From: an uncultured delta proteobacterium
GTDB lineage: Bacteria > Desulfobacterota > WTBG01 > CAIYCZ01
NCBI GenBank assembly: GCA_963803975.1
Contig: CAWDOY010000054.1
Coordinates: 96,001-160,000 of the forward strand
Direction: 5' to 3'
Length of the DNA stretch: 64,000 nt
Shown here: positions 50,518 to 59,660 of the stretch, piece by piece
Numbering within the stretch: position 1 is the stretch's first letter
Layout: every line of letters begins with the position of its first letter
Notes under the pieces: generated by a model
What the model saw: only the letters and a program-made list of their open reading frames with translations
Databases searched by the model: none
What the model was told of the DNA's origin: nothing
Translations under genes and position numbers: made by a program

Positions 50518-51307
50518 TACATGGGTATTTCAGGCTGAATCACGATGCGGCTGATATTCAGGTCTTTAACATCAGGCGGCAGCTTCATGTTTTTAAAGAA
50601 CAGGGTATTGCCCTTGCGCGTAAGGGGCACTGGTCATTACCGGGTTATTCAGGTAGAAGGTATATTTCTGGCACTCCTGGTGGCAGGGAAAGACACCGAT
50701 TACCCCCTTCTTCTCCGGGAGGTCACAGTTTGCAACCAGGCAGAAGCGGGTGGTGGAGACATAGGCAAACGGAATGTAGAGGGAGAGCTTCAGATCAGGC
50801 GGCGCGCCGCCCAGATCAAGACCCTGCAAAGGATTATCAAGCTCTACCCGGGTAATGTTATTTTCCTGCAAAAACCGCTGATAGACCGGCACCCCGAGGT
50901 TGGTGCTTTTCAGGTGCTGCAGAGGCCCCGGAGGGAAGCTTATCAAGGACATTGGCAATGCGCGGGCCCCGCTTGAGCTTGGTGAGGAGTCTTCCCTGCA
51001 CCGGTTCAAGGCGCGGGAACTGCTGCCTGATGATGCGCAGGACCCCCCAGTCATTAAACACCACCTCGGTTCCATCGGGAAGAACTGCAAGCAGCCGTTC
51101 AACAGCGCGAATACCGGCGTCGGTGACATACGGCGTGACCAGGGTGAACGGCAAGCCCCCGGTCAAGCACGCTCTTCATCATCCGGCAAGCGTTTCCGGG
51201 CCCGGCAGGAGCCGCTCACAGAACTCGTTGCCGAAATAGACCCGCTGGTAGTCGGCAGTAAGGTATTTTAAATTTTTCTGTTTTGCAATGAAAAGGGCGC
51301 GTTCCAT
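50517..51307 (-). pseudogene. Conserved hypothetical protein (peptidase U32-associated type), three or more frameshifts
   Basis: MERALFI...VYFGNEFCERLLP; TLVTPYVTD, EVVFNDWGVL, GRLLTKLKRGPRI; RVELDN, PFAYVSTTRFC; RKGNTLFF...IPM*. Confidence 0.6.
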
Positions 51308-51406
51308 GATTTTAAACGTGAAAAGAGAAAAGTAGAAAGTGAAACATAGGATCAATATTATAGATTTTCATGACACGTAATGGGATACTATGCAACAGCG
51401 CGGGAT

Positions 51407-51449
51407 AAAAAATATGGTCAGAAACAGCTCTGTCTCTGACCATATTTTT
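51407..51449. terminator. Bidirectional intrinsic terminator
   Basis: AAAAATATGGTCAGA ... TCTGACCATATTTTT. Confidence 0.75.
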
Positions 51450-51474
51450 GAATACTGTCAATAGTGCTGCCTGC

Positions 51475-51954
51475 TTATTTCAAGCCGCACAGCTTATCAT
51501 CTTTCCAGCCCTGCTTGATGTCCGCGGCATAGAACAGTTTCAGCGTCATATGGCTCATTTTCCATTTTCCATTTTCCTTGCGGTATTTGTCAAACTCAAG
51601 CCCTGACAGAAAAATATCTTTGCCGTTTGCCATGGAGCTGGTCTGCCAGAGATAAAACACGCCTTCTGCTTCTGTGTCGCTTAAGATTTTAATGCGCGGC
51701 TGCAGGAAGAAGTGCACGCCGAAGAGCAGCGTATTTTTTGCGCCGTCGAAAAAGTTACACACTTCATCGATTCCCACATACTTTCCAAAACCTTCTTTCT
51801 CTCCATCCCACACCGCATCCTTGGTGAAGAGGTCTCTCATGCGCTTGGGATTGTACAGATCGTCGCAGGCATCCGCATATTCAGCTTTTAACTGCTTGAT
51901 GGCTTCGATATCTTCCAGTCTCTGTACACGTTTTGCGAGTTCATTGATGTCCAT
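51475..51954 (-). CDS. NTF2/SnoaL-like protein (LinA/BaiE-like)
   Basis: RVQRLEDIEAIKQLKAEYADACD, LFTKDAVWD, YRKENGKWKM; RBS GGAGG. Confidence 0.88.
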   Translation of the reverse strand: MDINELAKRVQRLEDIEAIKQLKAEYADACDDLYNPKRMRDLFTKDAVWDGEKEGFGKYVGIDEVCNFFDGAKNTLLFGVHFFLQPRIKILSDTEAEGVFYLWQTSSMANGKDIFLSGLEFDKYRKENGKWKMSHMTLKLFYAADIKQGWKDDKLCGLK

Positions 51955-52018
51955 CTCGGTCCTCCTTTGGTGTTTTTGGTTATGAATAACTCGTATCCTC
52001 GCGGGATAAACTCTTACT

Positions 52019-52097
52019 ACTGGTTATCTAACCAGTTGCTAGCATATTTCTGGTAACCAACAAAAAATACTCTACTTTTCTCCCCGGTACTTGTCAA
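52019..52097 (-). promoter_or_regulatory. Sigma70 promoter with palindromic operator
   Basis: TTGACA-17nt-TAGAGT (52097-52069); ACTGGTTA-TC-TAACCAGT at 52019-52036 and TGGTAACCA at 52051-52059. Confidence 0.6.
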
Positions 52098-52149
52098 TAG
52101 AAAAGAGCAGCAGGCGCTGAACAGGACGCACGAATCACGAAAGCCCCCC

Positions 52150-52389
52150 CTATTTTATAGGGTTGAACTTTGTCATGGTGAGGGCTGTCGCCGCCAGCTT
52201 AAAGATATATTCTATAAATTTAACCATCGTCTCGCTCACGCCCCAGAAAAAGAAGAGGAATCCGATCAGCAGAAAAATATTCGCCCAGATCCGCTTCAGC
52301 ATGCCGGGAGAATTTTTGATAATAAAGTAGGAATTTATCATCAGGGTGAGCCCGACAGATAAGAGAATTACAATTACATACTTGGACAT
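52150..52389 (-). CDS. Small two-TM membrane protein
   Basis: 79 aa, RBS AGGAG, hydrophobic. Confidence 0.65.
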   Translation of the reverse strand: MSKYVIVILLSVGLTLMINSYFIIKNSPGMLKRIWANIFLLIGFLFFFWGVSETMVKFIEYIFKLAATALTMTKFNPIK

Positions 52390-52446
52390 CGCTCTTCTCC
52401 TGCGGGAAGGTAGTGCCGGATGCTGCGGGCAGCGTGCTCCGTTGCG

Positions 52447-52707
52447 TTAAGACAAAAGCTCGGGTTCACACAAAAGCTCTGAATTTACCGCAACCTGTCC
52501 GCAGTTTTTGCATTTATAGCGTAGGGTATGGACTTTATTCTGACAGAACTTCGGCGTGTTGACGGATTTGCTGCCGCACCAGTCTGCCCTGGTCCCCTTT
52601 CCCTGCATTTTGCAAATACCGTCGTGACTGAGAGATACCGCACCGCAGTTGGCACAGATGAAGGCCGGCGTACTCTTGTGAGCAGGTAGATGCTTTTTCG
52701 TGGTCAT
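52447..52707 (-). CDS. Small Cys-rich putative metal-binding protein
   Basis: Two CxxCGxVx6C repeats, 8 Cys; RBS AAGGAG. Confidence 0.75.
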   Translation of the reverse strand: MTTKKHLPAHKSTPAFICANCGAVSLSHDGICKMQGKGTRADWCGSKSVNTPKFCQNKVHTLRYKCKNCGQVAVNSELLCEPELLS

Positions 52708-52941
52708 GAGTCAGGTCTCCTTGCACAGTGACTGATGGTCATTGGTCATTTTTGATATATACGGAACTGCACAGTTAGTCAAGCAGTCATAGACCGTGCT
52801 TTAACTTCAAACTTAAAGGCACCAGAACCTGCCGTTTTGTTAACAGCATGTTTATTTTATCTTTTTTTGTCTTTAATCCCTTAAGTGAAGGAAATAATAA
52901 CCGATTTTATATATGTGCATTATTTTTAAGGAGAAGAGGCG

Positions 52942-53070
52942 ATGAATAACTTAATTGACAAGACTCTGTTCTGGCTTAAAATAAACGAAGAGTCGATTCT
53001 TAATTTCTTAGCCTATGTCGTTGCTCCGCTGCTGGTTGTGGTGATACTGTCCTGGCTCAGCTTTTCCTGA
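52942..53070 (+). CDS. 42-aa single-TM small protein (absent from the ORF track)
   Basis: RBS AAGGAGAAGAGG; MNNLIDKTLFWLKINEESILNFLAYVVAPLLVVVILSWLSFS. Confidence 0.55.
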   Translation: MNNLIDKTLFWLKINEESILNFLAYVVAPLLVVVILSWLSFS

Positions 53071-53317
53071 GAGCGCGACGTCTATTCAGGTTATTTTCAT
53101 AGGTACGGGAGGCCGTTCCCTCAAACAGATAGCCCCTGTATTCGTCCAGCCATATTGCCAACCTCTATTTTCCTGGCATTCAAAAACCGCTGTTTTTTTT
53201 ACGCTGTCCTTGCTGCAACCCGTTTACAGAAAGTGCTTCTCTGCAGACAGAGCTTTGTGGTATTTAGCTGCAAAGGGTTTTAATTGAGATACAACACTTC
53301 AACGGTAACTCCCCGGC

Positions 53318-54403
53318 ATGATAAAACGGATTAAAAAGCTGTGGCGTCTCCTTGATGCTGAAACAGACGGCATGCTCATCACCAGCCCGGAAAATGTCCG
53401 CTATCTGTGCGGCTTCTCCGGCACCGAAGGCATTGTTCTGCTCACGCGCAGGGAAGGGTTCTTCCTCACTGACGGGCGATACACGATCCAGGCGCAGCAG
53501 CAGGTTAAGCAGCTCACGGTTATTACCTTCAGGGAGAAGTTCAGGGAGCTTGGCCGCCTCATCAAAAAGCTTCACCTCAGGGCGCTTGGCTTTGAAGCCC
53601 GCCATGTAACCGTTGCAGAACTGCATGATCTGGAAAAAGAAACCCAGCTGGTAACGCTGAAACCCTGCACTGATGTTTTAGACCGGCTGCGTATGGTTAA
53701 AGATGCCGCCGAGATAGCCCTGCTGCGAAAGGCTGCACGCATTGCAGCACAAAGTCTGCAGGAGGTTATGCCGCTTATCAGGCCGGGTATCCGGGAGCTT
53801 GATGTTGCCTGCGAGCTTGAATATCGCATGAAAAAAAACGGTGGGGACGGGCCTGCGTTTCAGCCCATTGTTGCATCCGGATACCGGGCAGCATTGCCGC
53901 ACGGCGTGGCTTCGCTGAAAAAAATTGCCGCAGGCGATGTGGTGGTAATTGATTACGGGACGGTTTACCGGGGTTACGCATCGGATGAGACGTGTACGGT
54001 TTTCGTCGGGAAGCCCACCGCCCGGCAGAAAAAGATTTACAGCATTGTTTTGGAGGCCCATGACCGAGCCATTGCCGCGCTCAGACCGGGGAAAACGCTG
54101 AAAACCATTGATGCTGCAGCGCGCGGCTATATTGAGCAGCAGGGCTTTAAGAAGTATTTCAATCACGGCACTGGCCACGGCGTTGGCCTGGCAGTACACG
54201 AGCCTCCCCGCGTTTCCTATCTTGCAGAGGGAGCGGCAGTTGCGGGAATGGTCGTGACTATTGAACCCGGCATCTATATCCCGGGCTGGGGCGGGGTGCG
54301 CATTGAGGATACGGTGGTGGTGCGGGACCGGGGGTGCGAAATCATCACCCCCGCGATAAGCGCTTCACGTGCGTTGCATGACCAGGGTAAGGGAAAAGCA
54401 TAA
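53318..54403 (+). CDS. Xaa-Pro peptidase (M24B)
   Basis: NVRYLCGFSG, TDGRY, GYASDETCT, HGTGHGVGLAVHE, TIEPGIY, GVRIED. Confidence 0.93.
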   Translation: MIKRIKKLWRLLDAETDGMLITSPENVRYLCGFSGTEGIVLLTRREGFFLTDGRYTIQAQQQVKQLTVITFREKFRELGRLIKKLHLRALGFEARHVTVAELHDLEKETQLVTLKPCTDVLDRLRMVKDAAEIALLRKAARIAAQSLQEVMPLIRPGIRELDVACELEYRMKKNGGDGPAFQPIVASGYRAALPHGVASLKKIAAGDVVVIDYGTVYRGYASDETCTVFVGKPTARQKKIYSIVLEAHDRAIAALRPGKTLKTIDAAARGYIEQQGFKKYFNHGTGHGVGLAVHEPPRVSYLAEGAAVAGMVVTIEPGIYIPGWGGVRIEDTVVVRDRGCEIITPAISASRALHDQGKGKA

Positions 54404-54535
54404 AACTTTTGCCACCCCTTTCTGTATTTGACATTTCCGGTATATTGATATAAATAGACCCCAAGCAATCGCTTCGAGATTTTTTCTACAGCAGCCAAAA
54501 AACACTGCTACGTTGTAACCTGCAAGCAGGAATAA

Positions 54536-55684
54536 ATGGGTACTCTTATGCGCGTGCTGGTTGTTGATGATGAACTGGGCATCAGGGAAGGGTGTCGACG
54601 TACACTGACGGCACAGGAATTCGAGGTTGAGGTAGCAGAGAACGGCCCGGCAGGGCTTGCCCGGCTTCGGGAAGGTCACTTTGATCTTCTGCTTCTGGAT
54701 GCCATGATGCCCGGCATGAGCGGCCTTGAGGTGCTGCAGCACGCCCGCAAAATTGCCCCGGATCTCATCTGCATACTTATTACCGGCTATGCTACGGTTG
54801 AGCTTGCGGTGCAGGCAATGCGTGAAGGCGCTCAGGATTTTGTTGCCAAGCCGTTTACCCCGGAGCTGCTGCTGCGCGTTATTAACCGGGAGCTGGAGCG
54901 GCTGCGCCTCAAGCGTGAAGCAGAGCGGGCCGTGCTGCTTGAAGAGCAGAACCGGGAACTTTCGCGTGTCACGGCAGAGATGTCGAAGCTGGCTGCGATT
55001 GAAAGCCGCTTCATGCTGACCATGGTCCACGTCCTGCGGGCGCCGGTTGCGGTGCTGCAGAACTCCCTGCAGCTTATCCGCAAAGGGTACGTGCCGGATG
55101 AAGGGCAGCCGGCATTTCTTGAACGCGCCGAGCAGCGGGCCGGTGAGCTGCTCACCATCCTTGATGATGTGCTGCTGCTCTCTCAGCTCAAGCAGGACCT
55201 GCATAAGCACCGCACCGAAACAGTCTCTGTAGCAGGCGTTCTGGAAACGGTTGCTGCCGGCCTTGAGGAAGAGGCCGATGAGCGCCAGATCGAGCTCTGC
55301 GTCGAGATCTCCGATTCCCCCGCCCTTGTAGCACAGACGGAACACATCAGAGCCCTGTGGCTGAACCTGCTCTCAAATGCCGTGCGCTATACCCCTGCTG
55401 GAGGACGTATTACCATACAACTTAACGCTGACGTAAACCGGAAACAGATCATCGGCTCGGTTTCTGATACCGGTATCGGGGTGGCAACCGAGGAGATTCC
55501 GCGCATCTTTGAAGAGTTCTACCGCACGGAAGCAGCCCGGGCCATGCAGGAAACCGGAACCGGACTGGGGTTGCCTATTGTTCAGCAGATTGTGACCATG
55601 TACGGGGGCACCCTTGAGATTGAATCTGTCGTTAGCCGGGGCAGCACCTTTCGCTTCATGCTGCCGGTTTCTTTAGAACCGTAG
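54536..55684 (+). CDS. Receiver + histidine kinase hybrid (atypical H-box)
   Basis: VLVVDDE, DAMMP, KPF; HVLRAP, NLLSNA, DTGIG, GTGLGL. Confidence 0.9.
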   Translation: MGTLMRVLVVDDELGIREGCRRTLTAQEFEVEVAENGPAGLARLREGHFDLLLLDAMMPGMSGLEVLQHARKIAPDLICILITGYATVELAVQAMREGAQDFVAKPFTPELLLRVINRELERLRLKREAERAVLLEEQNRELSRVTAEMSKLAAIESRFMLTMVHVLRAPVAVLQNSLQLIRKGYVPDEGQPAFLERAEQRAGELLTILDDVLLLSQLKQDLHKHRTETVSVAGVLETVAAGLEEEADERQIELCVEISDSPALVAQTEHIRALWLNLLSNAVRYTPAGGRITIQLNADVNRKQIIGSVSDTGIGVATEEIPRIFEEFYRTEAARAMQETGTGLGLPIVQQIVTMYGGTLEIESVVSRGSTFRFMLPVSLEP

Positions 55685-55693
55685 TATACCGGT

Positions 55694-57670
55694 ATGAAAA
55701 AAATAGTAAGAAAACTGTTCGGCGGGCGGCTGCAGATTGTCCTGATAGCCTCCTTTTCCGTTATCGCCGGCCTGACCGTGGGTCTCAATACGCTGGTTAC
55801 CTCGCGGGTTATACAGGATTACCTTGCTGCGGCTGAGGATGACCTGGTGGCCCGCGATATGGACCTGGCGAAAGCTTTTTACCGGCTGAAACTCGATGAA
55901 ATAGCTGCCATAAGCCACCGTCTGGCCCTTGACCAGTGGGTGATCGAGAGTTTTAACGCAGCTGCTCAGGGCAATACGGCAGCCATGCGCATCATTGACC
56001 AGCAGATCACCAATAAAATTGCCGTGCTGGCCCTGGGCGGCACGCACCTCATAGCTCTCCTTGACACACAGGGAAATATTATCACGGGGCGGGTTCTGTC
56101 ATCGACCGGAGAACTGTCACAGCCGATCCTGAAAGGCAACTGGTCGCGCCTGCCCATTGTCCAGGAAGTTCTTGCCCGTAAACAGCCGCTCGCAGCAACA
56201 GAAATAATTCCCGCCGTATTGCTCTCAGAGGTCAGGCTGGACCGGCAGGCCTCTATTGCGCTTATTGAGACCCCGCTCGCGGCCCCGGAGCCGTTTGACA
56301 GCCGCGAGGGAACGGCAGGCCTGGCAATGACCGGCGCGTATCCCTTGCGGGACAGGGATGGCCGGGCGTGCGGGGCAGTGCTGTCCGCGTATCTGTTTAA
56401 TAATGATTTTACTCTGGTTGACCGCATCAAGGAGGTTGCCGGCATCGACACGGTTACCATTTTTTTCGGTGACCTGCGCGTGTCAACCAATGTTATGACC
56501 GAACAGGGCAGGCGTGCCGTGGGAACGCGGGTCTCACAATCAGTGCGCGACGTGGTGCTGAATCAAAGCAGTACCTATGTCGGCCGTGCCTACGTCGTAA
56601 ATGAATGGTTTATAACGCGCTATGAGCCCCTGCTCGATCATCTGGGACAGGTGGTGGGCATGCTCTATGTCGGTGCCCGCGAATCATCGTTTTTGCGGCT
56701 GGTGCATAATTTCAACAAGCGCGTTGCCATTATTGCCTTTATCTGTATTCTGCTCGCCGGTATTATTGCGGTGCCGATTGCCCGGTTTATCACCCGCCCC
56801 ATTGATCAGCTGGTGAAGGCCAACCGCCGTCTGGCAGACGGCGATATGACGGTGCGCGTGGAAGCCCCCGGAGAGGGCGAGCTTGCCATGCTCAGCCGGT
56901 CATTTAACACCATGGTGGAAACTCTGTACCGGACGCAGCAGGAGCTCCTGCACAAGGAGAACCTGGCCTCAGTCGGCCAGCTTGCCGCAGGTGTGGCCCA
57001 TGAAATCAACAACCCGCTGGGAACCATCCTGCTGTTTGCTGAAGTTATGAATAAGGAGATTGCCGCAGATGACCCGCGCCGGGAAGATCTCAAGATGATT
57101 ATCAGTGAAACCATCCGCTGCCGGAAAATAGTATCTGATCTCCTGAATTTTGCCCGGCAGCAGGAAGTGCTGGCGCAGGAATGCGATATTCACGATCTTA
57201 TCGAGCAGGTCATTGAGGGGATTTCCCTTAAGGCAAGTTTTAAGAAGGTGACCGTTCTTCGCCAGTTCAGTCCGCAGCTGCCGGCCATTGAGGCTGACCA
57301 GGCGCAGCTGATGCAGGTGTTTGTCAACCTGCTTGACAATGCTGTTGATGCCATGCCCGCAGGCGGCACCATCACCATACGCACCCGCCTTATAGACAGT
57401 CAGCGCCTGGAGGTGATGATATCTGATACCGGATGCGGCATATCTGAAGAGAATCTGGGCAAGCTCTTTACCCCCTTTTTCACCACCAAGCCCGTGGGCA
57501 AGGGCACCGGGCTGGGCCTGTCAATTGTCTATGGCATTATCAAAACGCACCGGGGACAGATCACGGTCAGCAGTCAGCTCGGCCAGGGAACCACTTTTAC
57601 GGTCATACTCCCGGTGATGCTTTCGCAGCAGCACCTGCCGCCGGCCTCCTCTTCCGCATTTACCGTATAG
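55694..57670 (+). CDS. Cache-HAMP sensor histidine kinase
   Basis: Two TMs, TIFFGDLRVSTNV...RAVGT Cache motif, HAMP, AHEINNPL, FTTKPVGKGTGLGL. Confidence 0.93.
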   Translation: MKKIVRKLFGGRLQIVLIASFSVIAGLTVGLNTLVTSRVIQDYLAAAEDDLVARDMDLAKAFYRLKLDEIAAISHRLALDQWVIESFNAAAQGNTAAMRIIDQQITNKIAVLALGGTHLIALLDTQGNIITGRVLSSTGELSQPILKGNWSRLPIVQEVLARKQPLAATEIIPAVLLSEVRLDRQASIALIETPLAAPEPFDSREGTAGLAMTGAYPLRDRDGRACGAVLSAYLFNNDFTLVDRIKEVAGIDTVTIFFGDLRVSTNVMTEQGRRAVGTRVSQSVRDVVLNQSSTYVGRAYVVNEWFITRYEPLLDHLGQVVGMLYVGARESSFLRLVHNFNKRVAIIAFICILLAGIIAVPIARFITRPIDQLVKANRRLADGDMTVRVEAPGEGELAMLSRSFNTMVETLYRTQQELLHKENLASVGQLAAGVAHEINNPLGTILLFAEVMNKEIAADDPRREDLKMIISETIRCRKIVSDLLNFARQQEVLAQECDIHDLIEQVIEGISLKASFKKVTVLRQFSPQLPAIEADQAQLMQVFVNLLDNAVDAMPAGGTITIRTRLIDSQRLEVMISDTGCGISEENLGKLFTPFFTTKPVGKGTGLGLSIVYGIIKTHRGQITVSSQLGQGTTFTVILPVMLSQQHLPPASSSAFTV

Positions 57671-57689
57671 CAGGCGGAGCGGATTCTGC

Positions 57690-58862
57690 ATGGAACTCAA
57701 AGCTAAAATTCTGATTATTGATGATGATGAAGCCCTTCATAAAGTCTGCCGCGGTGTTCTGGAGCGGCACGGTTTTTTTATTGAATCAGCTTTCACCTTG
57801 CACGACGGACTGCAGAAGGTCCGGGAGCAGTCATTTGACCTGGTACTGCTTGACCTCATGATGCCTGATGGCCAGGGCATAGACATTATTGCCCCGCTGC
57901 GCGAGCAGGACCCGGAGCTTGTGAGCGTGGTCATGACTGGGTACGCGACGGTTGAGCGTGCGGTGGAGGCAATGAAGGCCGGAGCTGTTAATTTTCTCGC
58001 CAAGCCCTTTTCAACTGACCTGCTCCTGCTGGCGGTCAATCAGGCGCTTGAAAAACGGCAGCTTTCCCGTGATGTGAAACGGCTGCGGGATTTTGAGCAG
58101 GATGTAGCGCAGCTGTGGTCAGTCGCCCGGGGAGGGCTTGATGAATTTAATCAATTCGATAAGGATTTCATCGGGCCGGCAGCGTTCAGACTCACTATTG
58201 CCCATGAATTCAGGGCGCCTATCACCGCCCTGCTCAGCTTTCTCATTCTGCTTCGCAAAGGCTACGTTCCCCCTGACCAGCAGAAGAAGATCCTTGATAA
58301 TGCCATGAAGCGGGCCCAGGACATGCTCGACCTGGTGGATGATCTTATGAACTTATCATCTGCCCGGGAAGAGATATCCGTGACACACTGCACGGTACAT
58401 AACCTGGCGGATGATCTGGAGAAAGTAGCTCCAACGCTTAAGGCGCAGGCGCAGGAGAAGGGGATCTCGGTCAGTCTTGTACTTCAGGAGAGACCGGTCG
58501 TGAATACCAACCCAAGGCTTATGGACCAGCTCTGGACCAACCTTATATCCAATGCCATTAAATATACTCTTGCGGGAGGCTCTGTGCAGGTTATCCTTGA
58601 GAAAGAGCAGGGATGGGCAGTTGGCACGGTTAAAGACACCGGCATCGGCATGTCAGCAAAAGAACAGGAACTGATTTTTCATGAGTTCTACCGGGCCCCC
58701 CGGGCAAAAGAAATGGAGCGGCACGGAACCGGTCTGGGGCTGTCGTTTGTCAAGCGGATCATTGACGGCTATGGCGGGAGTGTTACCGTGGAATCAGAAA
58801 CAGGGCGGGGCAGCGCTTTTAGGTTCAGGCTGCCGCTGCATGCAAAGCACCAGGAAATATAA
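57690..58862 (+). CDS. Receiver + histidine kinase hybrid
   Basis: ILIIDDD, DLMMP, AHEFRAP, NLISNAIKY, DTGIG. Confidence 0.92.
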   Translation: MELKAKILIIDDDEALHKVCRGVLERHGFFIESAFTLHDGLQKVREQSFDLVLLDLMMPDGQGIDIIAPLREQDPELVSVVMTGYATVERAVEAMKAGAVNFLAKPFSTDLLLLAVNQALEKRQLSRDVKRLRDFEQDVAQLWSVARGGLDEFNQFDKDFIGPAAFRLTIAHEFRAPITALLSFLILLRKGYVPPDQQKKILDNAMKRAQDMLDLVDDLMNLSSAREEISVTHCTVHNLADDLEKVAPTLKAQAQEKGISVSLVLQERPVVNTNPRLMDQLWTNLISNAIKYTLAGGSVQVILEKEQGWAVGTVKDTGIGMSAKEQELIFHEFYRAPRAKEMERHGTGLGLSFVKRIIDGYGGSVTVESETGRGSAFRFRLPLHAKHQEI

Positions 58863-58882
58863 TAAAAATAAGCATGCACCCG

Positions 58883-59290
58883 TCAGCCCCGTGCTGCGGG
58901 GTGCGCCTGCGAAAGCATCTCTCTGACACGCTCAAGCAGCACATCAGGATCTATGGGTTTATTGAGCCACTCTGAGTCGGGAATGTAGTCGTGGCTGGGC
59001 ATTTCTCCCTGGGCTCGGGCGCTGGTGAGTGAGGTGACCATAATGACGGGAATGTGCTGCAGGGCTTTATCTTCAGCCATTTTCCGGCGCACATCGAGCC
59101 CCTCCACAATATAAGCCATCATAATATCAAGAATCACCAGGTCAGGTTCTTCCATGCGCATGACCGTCAGCCCCTGCTCACCGTTGGCAGCAGTGACCAC
59201 CCGGTACTGCTGTGACTCAAGAATCATCCGGGTTATATTGACAAAGTCCCGGTCATCATCAACCACAAGTATTGTTGCCTGCTCAGCCAT
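58883..59290 (-). CDS. Single-domain response regulator
   Basis: ILVVDDD, LDIMM, VTS, KP. Confidence 0.9.
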   Translation of the reverse strand: MAEQATILVVDDDRDFVNITRMILESQQYRVVTAANGEQGLTVMRMEEPDLVILDIMMAYIVEGLDVRRKMAEDKALQHIPVIMVTSLTSARAQGEMPSHDYIPDSEWLNKPIDPDVLLERVREMLSQAHPAARG

Positions 59291-59459
59291 ATGCAATCTC
59301 CTGATGGTGAATGTATGCTGCATATCTGATACACAATAACTATAACCAAGCCTGCCGTATTTTCCAAGAAATTTTTAACATGCGCGGAAATTCTGCCGGA
59401 TTCAAAGCAGATATATCCGGTACCTATACCATAGTGTGGCTCATTATTTTAATTTCTAA

Positions 59460-59566
59460 CAGGCTGTTGAAAAACGTAAAGCACGCCTCATTCCTCAGGA
59501 TTTCGCGCGCCTTGCATCTTGATGTTTTTGACCAGCCGGTGAGAAAACTACTTTTTCAACAACCTG
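59460..59566 (+). mobile_element. MITE family B, internally deleted copy (107 bp), TSD CTAA
   Basis: CAGGCTGTTGAAAAA ... TTTTTCAACAACCTG with CTAA on both flanks; core near-identical to 49517-49599. Confidence 0.88.
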
Positions 59567-59660
59567 CTAATTGCTTCTTGTTCTCTTGTTTGTATATGTT
59601 ATATAATTTTACGGGAAAAGCGTATCATGGTATAGCCGAAATAATCAAACAGAAGGTTCC

